Shown: positions 37,911-49,263 of the stretch, one piece after another
Layout of the letters: each line of letters opens with the position of its first letter
How positions within the stretch are numbered: position 1 is the stretch's first letter
DNA from: Veleropilina oligotropha
Lineage: Eukaryota
DNA: 64,000 nucleotides
Assembly: GCA_048128005.1 (NCBI GenBank)
Contig: JBEUKZ010000127.1
Span: 186,001-250,000 of the forward strand
Reading direction: 5' to 3'
Made by a program: the position numbers and the translations under genes
The notes under the pieces: model-generated
What the model was told of the DNA's origin: nothing
The model's input: only the letters and a program-made list of their open reading frames with translations
The model's database searches: none

Positions 37911-40900
37911 ATGCCGAAAGTCATAACACGATGTTCATGTAATCGACATGATGAATGGAAGCATAATGCCATAGCAGATCCTGAAAGATATCTCAGATTT
38001 CGTGACAAAGTGAACAAGCATATCAAATACATCTTTCACAAGAATCAATTATTGAGAAGTTACAGCAAATATAAGAAAGGTTACAGAGAGATTGTGGTGT
38101 GCATGAACTGCTTGTCTTGTATTACAACCCAACAACAATTATTTCAGTCAGAATCTGGACATCTGGAGTCTGTACCAGAATGCGAAATTCGACACCAGGA
38201 GCACTTAACCACCCCTTGGAAGTTAGACACAGGCAAAGACATCAACTCCAGCAGTGCAGGTCCCAGTGAAATTAAGAGACATCAGAATGATTTTCAGTGT
38301 CATGAAAATTCTCACTTTTGTTCACCAGTGCATTCTCCCTTGACTAAAACTGCCATTGCAGAAAACTGTGCAAGTCCTGACCTGAAAACTTATCACTTTA
38401 ACATTGTGAAATCATGCATTCAGAAGGGAAATGTTTTACAAAGTGATCTGGCAGAGTTAGCTTATTGCATTGGAAAGTCACAACAGAAAGCAATTGGAAG
38501 TGATATTTTAAACATAAGCAAACAATTTAAAGATGACAATTATTTGTGCAATTTTGATTCAGAAATTTGGTATTCTAAGAGAAATCCAGTTGTGACAGGT
38601 TTCATCAATGGACTAAGTGACAGTCATCGATCAACTGGGAATATTACGTATCTCAAAGTAAAGGCCCTGGAGCAGCTCTATCATGTGCAAAATTCAAAGT
38701 ATGTGATGCCCCAAGCATTTGCAGAAAATCTTCTGACTTATTCAAACTGGTAGCAAAGCTGCTACCAACATCTCTGCTGCTGGTCATCCATCTGGCAGCT
38801 ACTGGACCATTAAGAATTGGCTAAGAGACCATGCAGCAGATGCATTATCCTTCCCAGATGGAGACTTGTTTGTGGCTTTTGACAATCAGCAAATTGTTGG
38901 CAAGACATTCCGGGTCAAATTGCATTCTAAGGTGCCGATATCAATGCTGACAAGTGTATGTCTTGTAAGAATTAACAAAGAAATTCATGATCAGCTTCAG
39001 ATAAAAGAGGAACTTTCACTTCCTAGCGAATTGTTTGATTACAAGTTATACTCTGAAAAACTGTCTTCACTCTTTCGTGAGAACAATGATTTTGAGGATG
39101 AAAGATCGACACAAAGTCAATACGAAGATGAGCATTATGAACAATTATATATATATTTGCATTCGCGATTACAAAAAGTATACAGTGAACATAGAATGCG
39201 TCAATTTGATGATATTGATGTAAAGTTACAGGAGGCATCAAAAAGAGATAAAAAATGTCCAGAATGCTTTCATACTTTTCCAAAATTAAAAAGGATCTGT
39301 CCACACTGTAAAGTTCATCTGGTGAGAAATATGGATAGCGAAATTGAAGATAGCTTGGAAAAAGACAGATCTGAGGAAGATAACACACAAATGCAAAAGG
39401 AATTTGGATATGTATTAGCAAATGGAAATTACGAAAAATCGTTGAAAGCAGTTATAAGTGATAAAGATGAATATCAGCTTCACGTTGGTGATCCAATATT
39501 TGTCAATCCAAATTCGTATGACAATTTAGCCACAGTCCTGAGAGAAATTGGACAAAGAGCTGGGATTCATGGAGGTCCAGGAAAGCGACGGTGGTTACCA
39601 TGTGTCATGGATGGTGTGCCATATAACATTGTTCACAAACTGATTAGAAATATGTACATATGTAGTGTTTGTGATCTATCATTCTATGGTATATCTCTCC
39701 TGAATGAACATTTGAATGAATGTCATGCAACAGAAGATATGGTTACAAAGCTTGAATTCGATTGGTTGTTGTTGCTACCTGGTGAAGGTCATATGGAAAT
39801 GAATATGATAAGAACTTTCTTTGAATTCTCCTGGGACATTTGTCTTTCTCAACTGGGAAGAATATTGGGATTTTGTACAGATGCAGCAGCGAACTACTGC
39901 AAAAAAGCATGTGATATGCACAAAGCATGGGGACTTTTGACTATTTTCTTTTTGGGAACAATGGATGAATTGATTCTCCCATATATTAGAAAGTCGATCC
40001 GTAACAATGATATGCCTACTGTGAAGGGGTACTTAAGTTATCTCAAGTTGACCAAAAACCCAAATTACATTCTATATACCGAACTGGTATTCAGATATCC
40101 TCTCGCCATCATTAATCACCGAGCAGGTGTCAGACAGAGGAATGCTCCTTTGATGAGATCAGCAAGACACAAGTTTGCTCCATTGTTTCATGGAAGGAAT
40201 CATCCAAAATACCAGCTGATCGACATTGCTGACAGTGCAAATTACCACCTATATGATGATGAAGTGAAGACATTTCTGGATCACAACTGTTCATTCAGTT
40301 CAACTGGAAAACAATCAAAAGCAGAAGGTTTAGATTTTGTGTTAGAAAATTTAATTTAAATAAGCAGTCTAAATCATGGATTTGTGGATTCCCAAATACA
40401 AAGCAATGGCTGAACATATACAGAAATCTGGACAAAATGCAACTGATCAGGGATAACACGATAAAACAAATGGATATTGATGATCCAACAAATGATACCG
40501 ATCACAAGTCAGTATATGACAATGAAATTGCAATGTGGAGGAGCCACTTGCGGAAGTCCAAAATTCTTTCTGAACCATATCACTTAGAACAACTACAAAG
40601 TATCACTGGAATTGAGTTGGATAGTGACTTAAAAGAATTCACACAGATGGCAATCATTAGACAAAAACGTCGAACTGAACTTTTTTTAATGTGTGATGAG
40701 AACATAAAAAGTCAGGCACCATTATTTGTTACAAGACAAGAAAGGGACAAATATGAAAGCCTGGAAAACCAAACTAAGGACAACCTGCAAGTCATGTTTG
40801 GTGCATATCTTGAAATGTTACCCCATGATATGCAATTGACATATGCCGAGTCCTTGAAAAGCATTAAAAACAGAAGGAAAGGAGACATTGTTGCAATAGT

Positions 40901-40964
40901 ACAGGAAGTAAAACAAAAGGTAATGGAGGTATCGAAAGGTAATAATTCATTTGTTATTGATTAA
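37911..40964 (+). pseudogene. Academ-like DDE transposase (about 1015 aa reconstructed), right-arm copy (2-bp deletion near 38745, 5-bp insertion near 40352)
   Basis: ATG follows an acceptor-like ttttag. Motifs recognised by eye as Academ/DUF6589-like: GSK..N...GHPSGSY, FVAFDNQQ (D1), PIFVNPNS, CVMDGVPY (D2), LLPGEGHMEMN, PLFHGRNHPKY, SFS...GLDFVLEN (E). Also an N-terminal Cys/His cluster, a CPEC-x11-CPHC ribbon and a C2H2 finger. Confidence 0.75.
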
Positions 40965-41859
40965 TTCGAAGTATTGTTCAATTGTATTTTGAAATATTTG
41001 TTTTCTAATAAATTTGTTCGAATTAATTACTCCATAAATTCATCAATTTTAAAATAAAGATGAACATATAAACAACATTATAATGAATAACTTTTAATTT
41101 GTGCTTTTGTTTTTATGTCATTTTGGTATTATTTGCAATCAACAATATCAAAAGTGTTGTAACTATACAGAAAATCTTGCATTATTGGATTATAGGTCTC
41201 TTATTATGTGGACCAAGATCTTTTCTTCTAAATAACATATTAAATTAGTCCCTCACATGAAGAAAAGCCAAATGGTAATCCTGTTTGAAAAAACCTTCTT
41301 TTAGAGGACCTAGTATATCTTGTTCTGGACTTGGGGCATTTAAGTCTACAAAACTGAATTTTAACACTGAAGTCTTCTATTTAGGAGACCTATGGTCTCC
41401 TATCTTGAAGACCAAAGGAGGTCCCCTGTATAGGGTACCTCAATGGGAACGGACATCATCATTACAAAGGCTCACTTTTATGCTTAAAATGCGAGCCAAA
41501 ACTGTGATTTAATTTAATAATATATCAATAATAAGTTATTGTTTTGTATTTGCTATCAAAACATTAATGGCATGACTTGCTCTAGGTATTCATTAACACA
41601 GAATGTTATAGCAGTTATTTTAAAGAATAAATTTGTTACATAATAATATTTATTAAATCTATTGGTACAATATATAAACATTTCTTAACTACATTGTCTC
41701 CTTGTTGTTTCTTTGTGTTGTGTACGATCTTATCATCTTCAATCGTTGTGTGATCACCAAACAGATCAGACATGGTAACTTTACCCGCGGATTCAAGCCG
41801 AGTTCCAGTACTCACATACCTCTCACAGCAAAGCGAGTTACTAGTCCCCAAGCCATCGA

Positions 41860-42109
41860 GGGCGCCCGGTGGCCGAGTGAATAGTGAGCTCACTCCAATT
41901 CAACTTGACCTGTATACAATGTCACTATCATTGCGAGTTCCGAGTCCGGTCTAAGGCAATAATTCGTCATCAGACACAGTTGTCCATAGCTGGCCTGTGC
42001 GAGTGGGTTTCACCGGTTAAATCCGGGCTTTCCTCCCACAATAATATGGACATGTCCTGGTTTGACCCGAAGAGGGTGTAAGGACAATAAACACCAACGC
42101 ACTCACTCT
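41860..42109 (+). mobile_element. V-domain-like SINE, right-arm mirror copy
   Basis: Reverse complement of 29318-29567 with the same 12-bp TSD. Confidence 0.75.
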
Positions 42110-43127
42110 CCAAGCCATCGATGAGTAACTTTTTCCCAAGGTACCTATGACTATGTCACCAAACCTTGTATATATATCAGTCACTTGTGTAAACCCAGCA
42201 CATTATGCATGTAAAATAATTATATTACCTGTATGATCGAAAAGTGATGTAACATCAGCATGCCCATGCAGGTCGCTGCTGGAATAATAGCCCATGCAAT
42301 CAATCCAGTTTTATCACACACATTATACTTGCTAATTCTGAGTTATTGAATTATTCAAGATGTATACAGACAAACATTCAATATCACAATTTTCATTTGC
42401 ATTTCAAGTCATGATATAATATATAAAAGAAATCTGCCTGTTAACCAGTTTGATGATGGTGAAATGATGTGTTAGCAAGCATGTTATCTTTTTTAGTAAT
42501 TACTTGGAATAGAATTGAATCAATTGGTTTGGTCTGGACCGAAGTTCACTATCCACTTGAACGTGAACAGGCTTGTTCATTTTGAATTGGAATTTCATTT
42601 TAATATATCAGTAGAACCCACCCCGTCCAGGTGGTGGCAAACAACCAAGTCAAACAATTATAGAACATAATAAAAACAATTAAAAGAGATCACTTCTTAT
42701 TCATTTTCGCTTTTGCTTGTAAGCTTTAATGAACCATATTGATAACTGGGGAAAGTTCATTTGCTACAGGTATTATGTGGGATTTTAAAGAACACCATTT
42801 CACTTATTACAGCCAACACTGCATCTAATTGCAAGTCTCCCTAGGGAAGCATTAGTGTTAATTACAGTACCCATGATACATGATTATCTTCACTTAACAC
42901 TTGATCCTGAACAACTTAGATATCAGTCAACATTTAATTGCATCCTTAATTAAGACACTACTGATAACATACTCCCTAGGGAGTTAATGAACCTCAATAC
43001 TTGACTGCAAGACATAAATGTGCACACACATATAAATATATAAATTTGGTTATGACCAAAAAGCTTTGAAAACACCAGTTTTCGCAGATAACCACAGTTG
43101 ATATGTCTGATTGGATAGAGACATTAA

Positions 43128-44706
43128 AGGAGCCATGACACCAATTTATGCTATATAAGTTTATATGTTTTTCGTGTATGTACAGTATCGATAAATGTAA
43201 ATTATATAATATAAATACTGAGACCGAAATGGATATATTTAGAATTGTCCAATTAGTGACACCTAATAGCCTAGCCGCCACCAGCCACCGAGACAATTCT
43301 GCGACTGTCGCAGAAATCGGACATCTGGGCTGTGACGTCACGACAGTGCTTCGCGAGCTGAGAACTACACATGACATTATATATTTAGTGTATTAAACAG
43401 AAAGAACATGGCGAATATAAAGACTTTTGCTCCGACAATTTATCAGGTGGAGATTAATCATGCTATTCTTCAAGTTTTTCGTCAAATGACGGCGACATTT
43501 CGGAAAATTCCAGTACCGATAAATGGGCCTAGTATCCGAAAGTTTCGGCATTGCTCCGTGTATCTTCGAACCACTGGCCAGTTAAACGGATATAACCCAA
43601 TCAGAAAAGGAAGAAGATTATATAGAAATGGAAACAGATTGGTATATATTTTCTTTATGAGCTTGTATAAGTTCGATATTCGCCTTTTGCAATAATTAAT
43701 AATAAAAACCGCATAAATCAAATAATTAAACTAATTAAATCCCAATACAATATACTATTACTGGTAATGTCATACTTATTTACTAGTGTTTGGATATATT
43801 GGTTTTAACTGCGAGTTTATTAACAGTAAAATAAAATAAGCCTAAATTAATCTAGTTGCTAATGATGAACACGTTGGGCCTATATCAGGTACGTAGGTGC
43901 TTATTTAAAACTGTTTATTTTAATGTAAAATGTATTTCGCTTTATGCTACTCTTCTTTTAAAATTCGAGTTAAAATAGGCCTACAATATCAAAAAGAGCA
44001 CCCGCCGTAAAAAAAATCTAAAAGCGAGCAACCAGCTAGAGAAATTGCAGGTCACACTGTGTTCCAATTTTTAACCTTTACGAGCTTTTGTGATTTCGTC
44101 ATAAAATATGAGCAATATAATTTATATTTTTTTACGAAACATGAAATTTTCAACGCTCCGTGTGTTGATATAACTTGCTAAAATATTGTAGGGATAGCGT
44201 CTGGAGTAAAAATATCGGACACGTTAGGTCTAATATTGTCTTCCCTCTATAACACTCAGTAAACCTTTTATGTCCTCTGCGAAGTGGTCCGAGCACAGCA
44301 AGGACCCCTCGGTCGCTCTGCACACCGCTCGCCTTCTTCCCATATAAACGAACTTTTCCATTACTTCGCAACGCTTGGGTTCTTCAACAATGGGAATGAA
44401 ACAGCGTTACCCCGTCCACAATTGTTTTTGAGCAGCCAACAGCAACGCAAATTTCGTGTGGGTTTTACTTGAACATACTGTCATATATCTTTACATGTGT
44501 TCACAGCAAGGTGTCACTGTCGTTACGTCACTTCCGATGCAGTGCTTTGCAGCGAATTACGAAATCGGACGATCTTCAGGCGTGGCATTAGCAACTCGAT
44601 AACTTCGTCATTATTTGTCAGAATTTTATTTTTACTTCACTAACAATATATTGATGCCATGTAGTATAATTATAAACAGTATACCATTGTCGGTGTCATA
44701 GGGACT
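43128..44706. mobile_element. Non-autonomous Kolobok-like DNA transposon, right arm only
   Basis: TTAA TSD (43124-43127, 44707-44710); AG..CT termini with imperfect TIRs aggagccatgacacc / ggtgtcatagggact; empty TTAA site at about 28302 in the left arm. Confidence 0.8.
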
Positions 44707-46619
44707 TTAAATGCTGGTCCACTTGCAGACTGAAATATGGTTGAACATGATTATAAAAATTAGGGCTCACATTCATTTATGATGCTATTATCCTATTGGT
44801 GCCAATTGTTAAAAGACTGTTTGATGCATTCAACAAATATTTTTTCAAAACAATGGAAAAAATCATTCAATAGCACAATGTAAATATATCATATTTCATG
44901 ATAGCAATAAATGTTTCTTACCTGACAGTAGTTCAGATGAAGTTACAGACACGCCCACGGGAAAAACCTGTGATGTCACACTTTTTAGGTTTTGAGATAA
45001 TGCATATTTAAAGTTCAAAACTATCTTATAGACTGAACACACACACACGCAGGCATACATACATATATATATAATCAAAGTATTCAACCATTAGTTCATG
45101 AAAGCTGGTCACCATGGAAGTCATTAACCATCTGTGAGTAATTACCAGCAGGCCTGATTACATAATGCTTGACTTGGAATGTGTTCACTTGACCTTCATC
45201 AGAGTGTCTCTCATGATTGTATATGTACTATTCAAATATCACATATAAATGCTCCCCAGGGCCTATTTTTGGATTAAACATGTTCTGATAATAAAATATA
45301 TCAGTAGGTTTTCTATTTTATATTGTAAAACATCTGGATTTAATGCTAAAGGCATGCTTTCTGAAATGATATCAGTGAAAGTAGGTCAAATCCTAGGTCT
45401 CTTATTATGTGGACCAAGATCTTTTCTTCTAAATTACATAGTTAGTCCATCACATGAAGAAAAGCCAAATAGCAATCCTGTTTGAAAAAACTTTCCTTTA
45501 TAGGACCTAGTATATCTTGTTCTGGACCTGGGGCATTTAAGTCTACAAAACTGAATTTTAACACTGAAGTCTTCTATTTAGGAGACCTACGGTCTCCTAT
45601 CTTGAAGACCAAAGGAGGTCCTCTGCATAGGGTACCTCAAGGTACTCTGTATAGGAGACCTTATGAGGTCTCTCATGATTGTATATGTACTATTCAAATA
45701 TCACATATAAATGCTCCCCAGGGCCTATTTTTGGATTAAACATGTTCTGATAATAAAATATATCAGTAGGTTTTCTATTTTATATTGTAAAACATCTGGA
45801 TTTAATGCTAAAGGCATGCTTTCTGAACTGATATCAGTGAAAGTAGGTCAAATCCTAGGTCTCTTATTATGTGGACCAAGATCTTTTCTTCTAAATTACA
45901 TAGTTAGTCCATCACATGAAGAAAAGCCAAATAGCAATCCTGTTTGAAAAAACTTTCCTTTATAGGACCTAGTATATCTTGTTCTGGACCTGGGACATTT
46001 AAGTCTACAAAACTGAATTTTAACACTGAAGTCTTCTACTTAGGAGACCTACGGTCTCCTATCTTGAAGACCAAAGGAGGTCCCCTGCATAGGGTACCTC
46101 AAGGTACTCTGTATAGGAGACCTTATGAGGTCTCCTAAAACAGACATTTCTCCCTGACTGTAAAAAGGTTGTGAATGTTACTAGTTATGCAATTATTAAT
46201 AGATATAAGTAATATATACACGTATATATTATATTCCATATTAATAACAAATTCGCTTGACCAAATAGCGAAAAGCAAATATGTCCCCATGTTACTTAAA
46301 GAAAATTTAAAGATAGAATGATATTAAATTTTGTCAATGTCGCAACACCGTAAGCTCATAACAGCAAATGAACTTCAATAATATCAAAATCTAAAAAACA
46401 TTTTAAGATTTAGCATTATAAATGTTTAAATTCAATGTGAGTTGGCATGTGTCATGTGAACTCAGATATGACAATTTATTCTCGGTCCATAAATAGAATT
46501 TTTGGAACTGCAGACAACACACTGAAATCAACACTAATTGCCAGCAAAGCTTCATAATAGAGTTGCACATAATGCAGAGTGAACCGTATAATTCCCAATT
46601 AAGGATGTACAATACCTGC

Positions 46620-47600
46620 ACTGTCAATTTGACCTAGTTGTCCTGTAAACGCATTGGTGCATTGCAGCACATTGGGTAATGGACAACCCGTCCGCTCCAG
46701 TCAAGAAATCGGGTTTCTCCAGACTGGTCGATATCGCTCTATTTCATGGGCACGAACAGCAATCAGGTTGCGGTCAGCTTGGTGGATAGGGAGTATACCC
46801 CCTGGACCGTGTGACAAATACTTCTCGAGATCGTATTCTTAGATACATCGCGGGTGAAATTTGGCAAATAAGAATAAACAAGCGTTTTTTGCCTTGTCGT
46901 AATCACGTGTACGGTCCAGGTAATATCGAAGCGTACGTACCGGGCAGATCTATAGGACGGTCGATATCGTTTCTACCGACGAGGGATAGCTGTGGTAAAC
47001 GACCTCCAGAGCAATATCGTACGGCCGCTGGTTCTTTGCAAGAAATCCCAATGCTGACCGTAAAATGACCGATCTTTGAACTGGAATCTAATGTCCCGGA
47101 GCTCTGCGGAGAAGTGTATCTCTTGAGGCCATTTGCCCGACGCAAACACAATGAAGTACACAGTTTGTAGGTAAGGTTACGTAAGGAAACATTAATACAT
47201 AACGGCTCGAACGGGCCTTCTAGCAGAGCGTTAAGGATAATGACGATATTCCAAGCAGGCCGCGGCATGCTAATCGGTCTTTCGAGTTCGTAAGACTTTA
47301 TAAAGTCAGAAATAGTACGGCCGACGAAAAGCCAATTCGGGAGCGACATTGCTTTGCGCGTAGTCGAGAACGAGGCCCGATAACCTTCGACGGCCAAGAC
47401 AGAAAGTCTCGTTCGAATAACGACGTAATAAACTCGATAAACTTGCTCACAGGGGAACGGTGAATAATATTGACTTCCCGCCTGTGATAGCAACCCACAA
47501 ATTTTAACCATTGGTAGTCGTAGACTTTAGATGTAGATTGTCTTCGCGATCGGTTAATGCGGCGCGAGAAATCCTTTCTCAACAAGCGATCGTTCGATAA
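46620..47600 (-). pseudogene. Degraded tyrosine recombinase of DIRS copy B
   Basis: Frameshifted remnants: RSRRQSTSKVYDYQW, FIKSYELERP..PAWNI, NLTYK, FLAKNQ, ICPVRTLRYYLDRT, AVRAHEI. Confidence 0.8.
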
Positions 47601-48858
47601 ACCGCCAAGTTGAGCGCGGTTGCATTGACAGGTCCGGTCTCTGCGGTCGCGCTAGCGGTAGATAAACAATTAGATCGAGAAGAGTCGGAAACCAAGGCTG
47701 CGTGCGATTAGAGGCGCTATTAGCGTTATCTCGCAGCGATCTCGCGATGCCTTCTGTAGAACAAGCTGTGCGTAGTATGTACGGCGGAGGGAAGGCGTAA
47801 GCGATCAGATTCTCCCATGTCATTGACAGCGCGTCGACCGCTAGGGCGGCCGGGTCCGGGGAGACATACAGAGGGAGTCGGTGAATGAATTCTTGGGGTT
47901 GTGACCAACGGCGACAAACTTCCCGAGCTACCTAGTCTGTAGCGTCCACTCTGTGTGTACAATCTGCGATTTCCGAGAGAGCGAGTCCGCTCGGACGTTC
48001 AATTTTCCCGGGATGTGTCGTGCTCGTATCGTCGAGTTGAGGGACATCACTAGGCGGTGTAGGTCGATAGCCCGGTCGCACAGGGGACGCGAGCGAGTGC
48101 CGCCCTGGTGTTGAACGTATGCAACGACAGTAGTGTTGTCCGTGGCGAGCATTATATGCTTGTAGCGGAGATGTGACGAGAGGGACCGTATGTCAGGTAG
48201 ACAGATTTTAACTCTAGGTAGTACATGTGTCGTCCCTGCAGGTCCGTCGGCCGTAGGCCTGATGTCTCGTAACTGTCGAGGTGACCATCCCAGCCCACGT
48301 TCGAAGCGTCCGTGTATAGGAAGGCATTCGGCTCTGGCGGGTATATGAGAACCGACTGGCTCGGCAAAGCAGGGTTCAGCCACCCTGCTGTCGAGTGATT
48401 GAACCCATGCCGAAGATCGATACGATCCGTCCACTGTCCCGTCCGTTGCACCCAGAGGTCTCTAAAGGCCTGCTGTAACGGTTGTTTGTCCATCCCGTCG
48501 GTATAAGGGGCGCTACCGACTCGATGTGCCCTAAGACAGTGGCCAGTTGTCGCGCCGTGGCTATCCCCGATGACCTCGTGTCCTGGATAACTGCGCGTAG
48601 GTTCTCGATACGTTTTCCGGTCGGCTTCGCGGTGTACCGGACCGTGTCGAAGACGACTCCGAGAAACGTAAACGTCGTCGAGGGCACGAAGCAGGATTTA
48701 TTCTCGTAATCTGAAATCATAGGCGCTTCGCCGATGACAGGGTAAAGCTCGTAGACTGGAGGCACAGATCCCGGGACGCCCCGAGGATCAGCCAGTCGTC
48801 GAGGTACATATGAACCCTGTGCCCTAGAGAATGTAGGAAGGTCCCCCGGGCCTGTACT
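47600..48858 (-). pseudogene. Degraded RT/RNase H/methyltransferase region of DIRS copy B
   Basis: Diverged, deletion-bearing duplicate of 49230-50573 (TDASN, ATDNTTVVAYV, YAFPP). Confidence 0.85.
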
Positions 48859-48865
48859 GTTCTCG

Positions 48866-49263
48866 TGCAGAGCATTAAGTATAAGGATAATATTCCATGC
48901 AGGCGGCCGCGCCAAACAAATCGGTCTTTCGAGTTCGTAGGACCTGATTAAATCAGAAATAGTACGGTCTGACGATAAGTCAATTCGGGAACGACATTGC
49001 TTGAGCGTAGTCGAGATCGAGGCCCGATAACCTTTGACGGCCGAGACAGAAAGTCCTCGTTCGAATAACGACGTAATGAACTCGATAAATTTGTTCACAG
49101 GGGGACGGAGTATATTAACTTCCCGCCTGTGACACCAATCCACATATCTTGACCATCGGTAGTCATAGACTTTAGATGTAGATTGTCTTCGCGATCGGTA
49201 AATGCGGAGGGCTGTTGCGCGAGAAAATCCTTTCTCAACAAGCGATCGTTCGATAACCGCCAT
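48866..49263 (-). pseudogene. N-terminal part of the DIRS A tyrosine recombinase (catalytic domain deleted)
   Basis: MAVIERSLVEKGFS...RRQSTSKVYDYRWSRYVDWC...VKGYRASIS...PPAWNI overlapping the pol 3' end, ending at the A/B junction. Confidence 0.8.

Larger units (their letters stand above)
25568..46160. mobile_element. 20.6-kb palindromic (foldback) DNA transposon with an Academ-like transposase in both arms
   Basis: Termini cagtcagggagaaatgtctg / cagacatttctccctgactg; arms 25568-34926 and 36868-46160 are reverse complements; TAAAA immediately on both flanks. Confidence 0.88.

Noticed and set aside
37911..40964. RAG1/Transib identity suggested by the 5-bp TSD
   Set aside because: Termini are CAG rather than CAC, there is no RSS-like heptamer/nonamer, and the motifs fit Academ better; a profile search is still needed
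25568..46160. Palindrome as an assembly or fold-back read artefact, or as a Polinton/Maverick or viral element
   Set aside because: The arms differ by three independent TE insertions with proper empty sites, plus indels, and a TSD flanks the unit; no pPolB, integrase, capsid or ATPase genes are seen
46161..46615. AT-rich segment in the DIRS 3' region with intron-like GT...AG borders once the palindrome is removed
   Set aside because: No coding continuity and no second copy to compare; such signals are common by chance in AT-rich DNA
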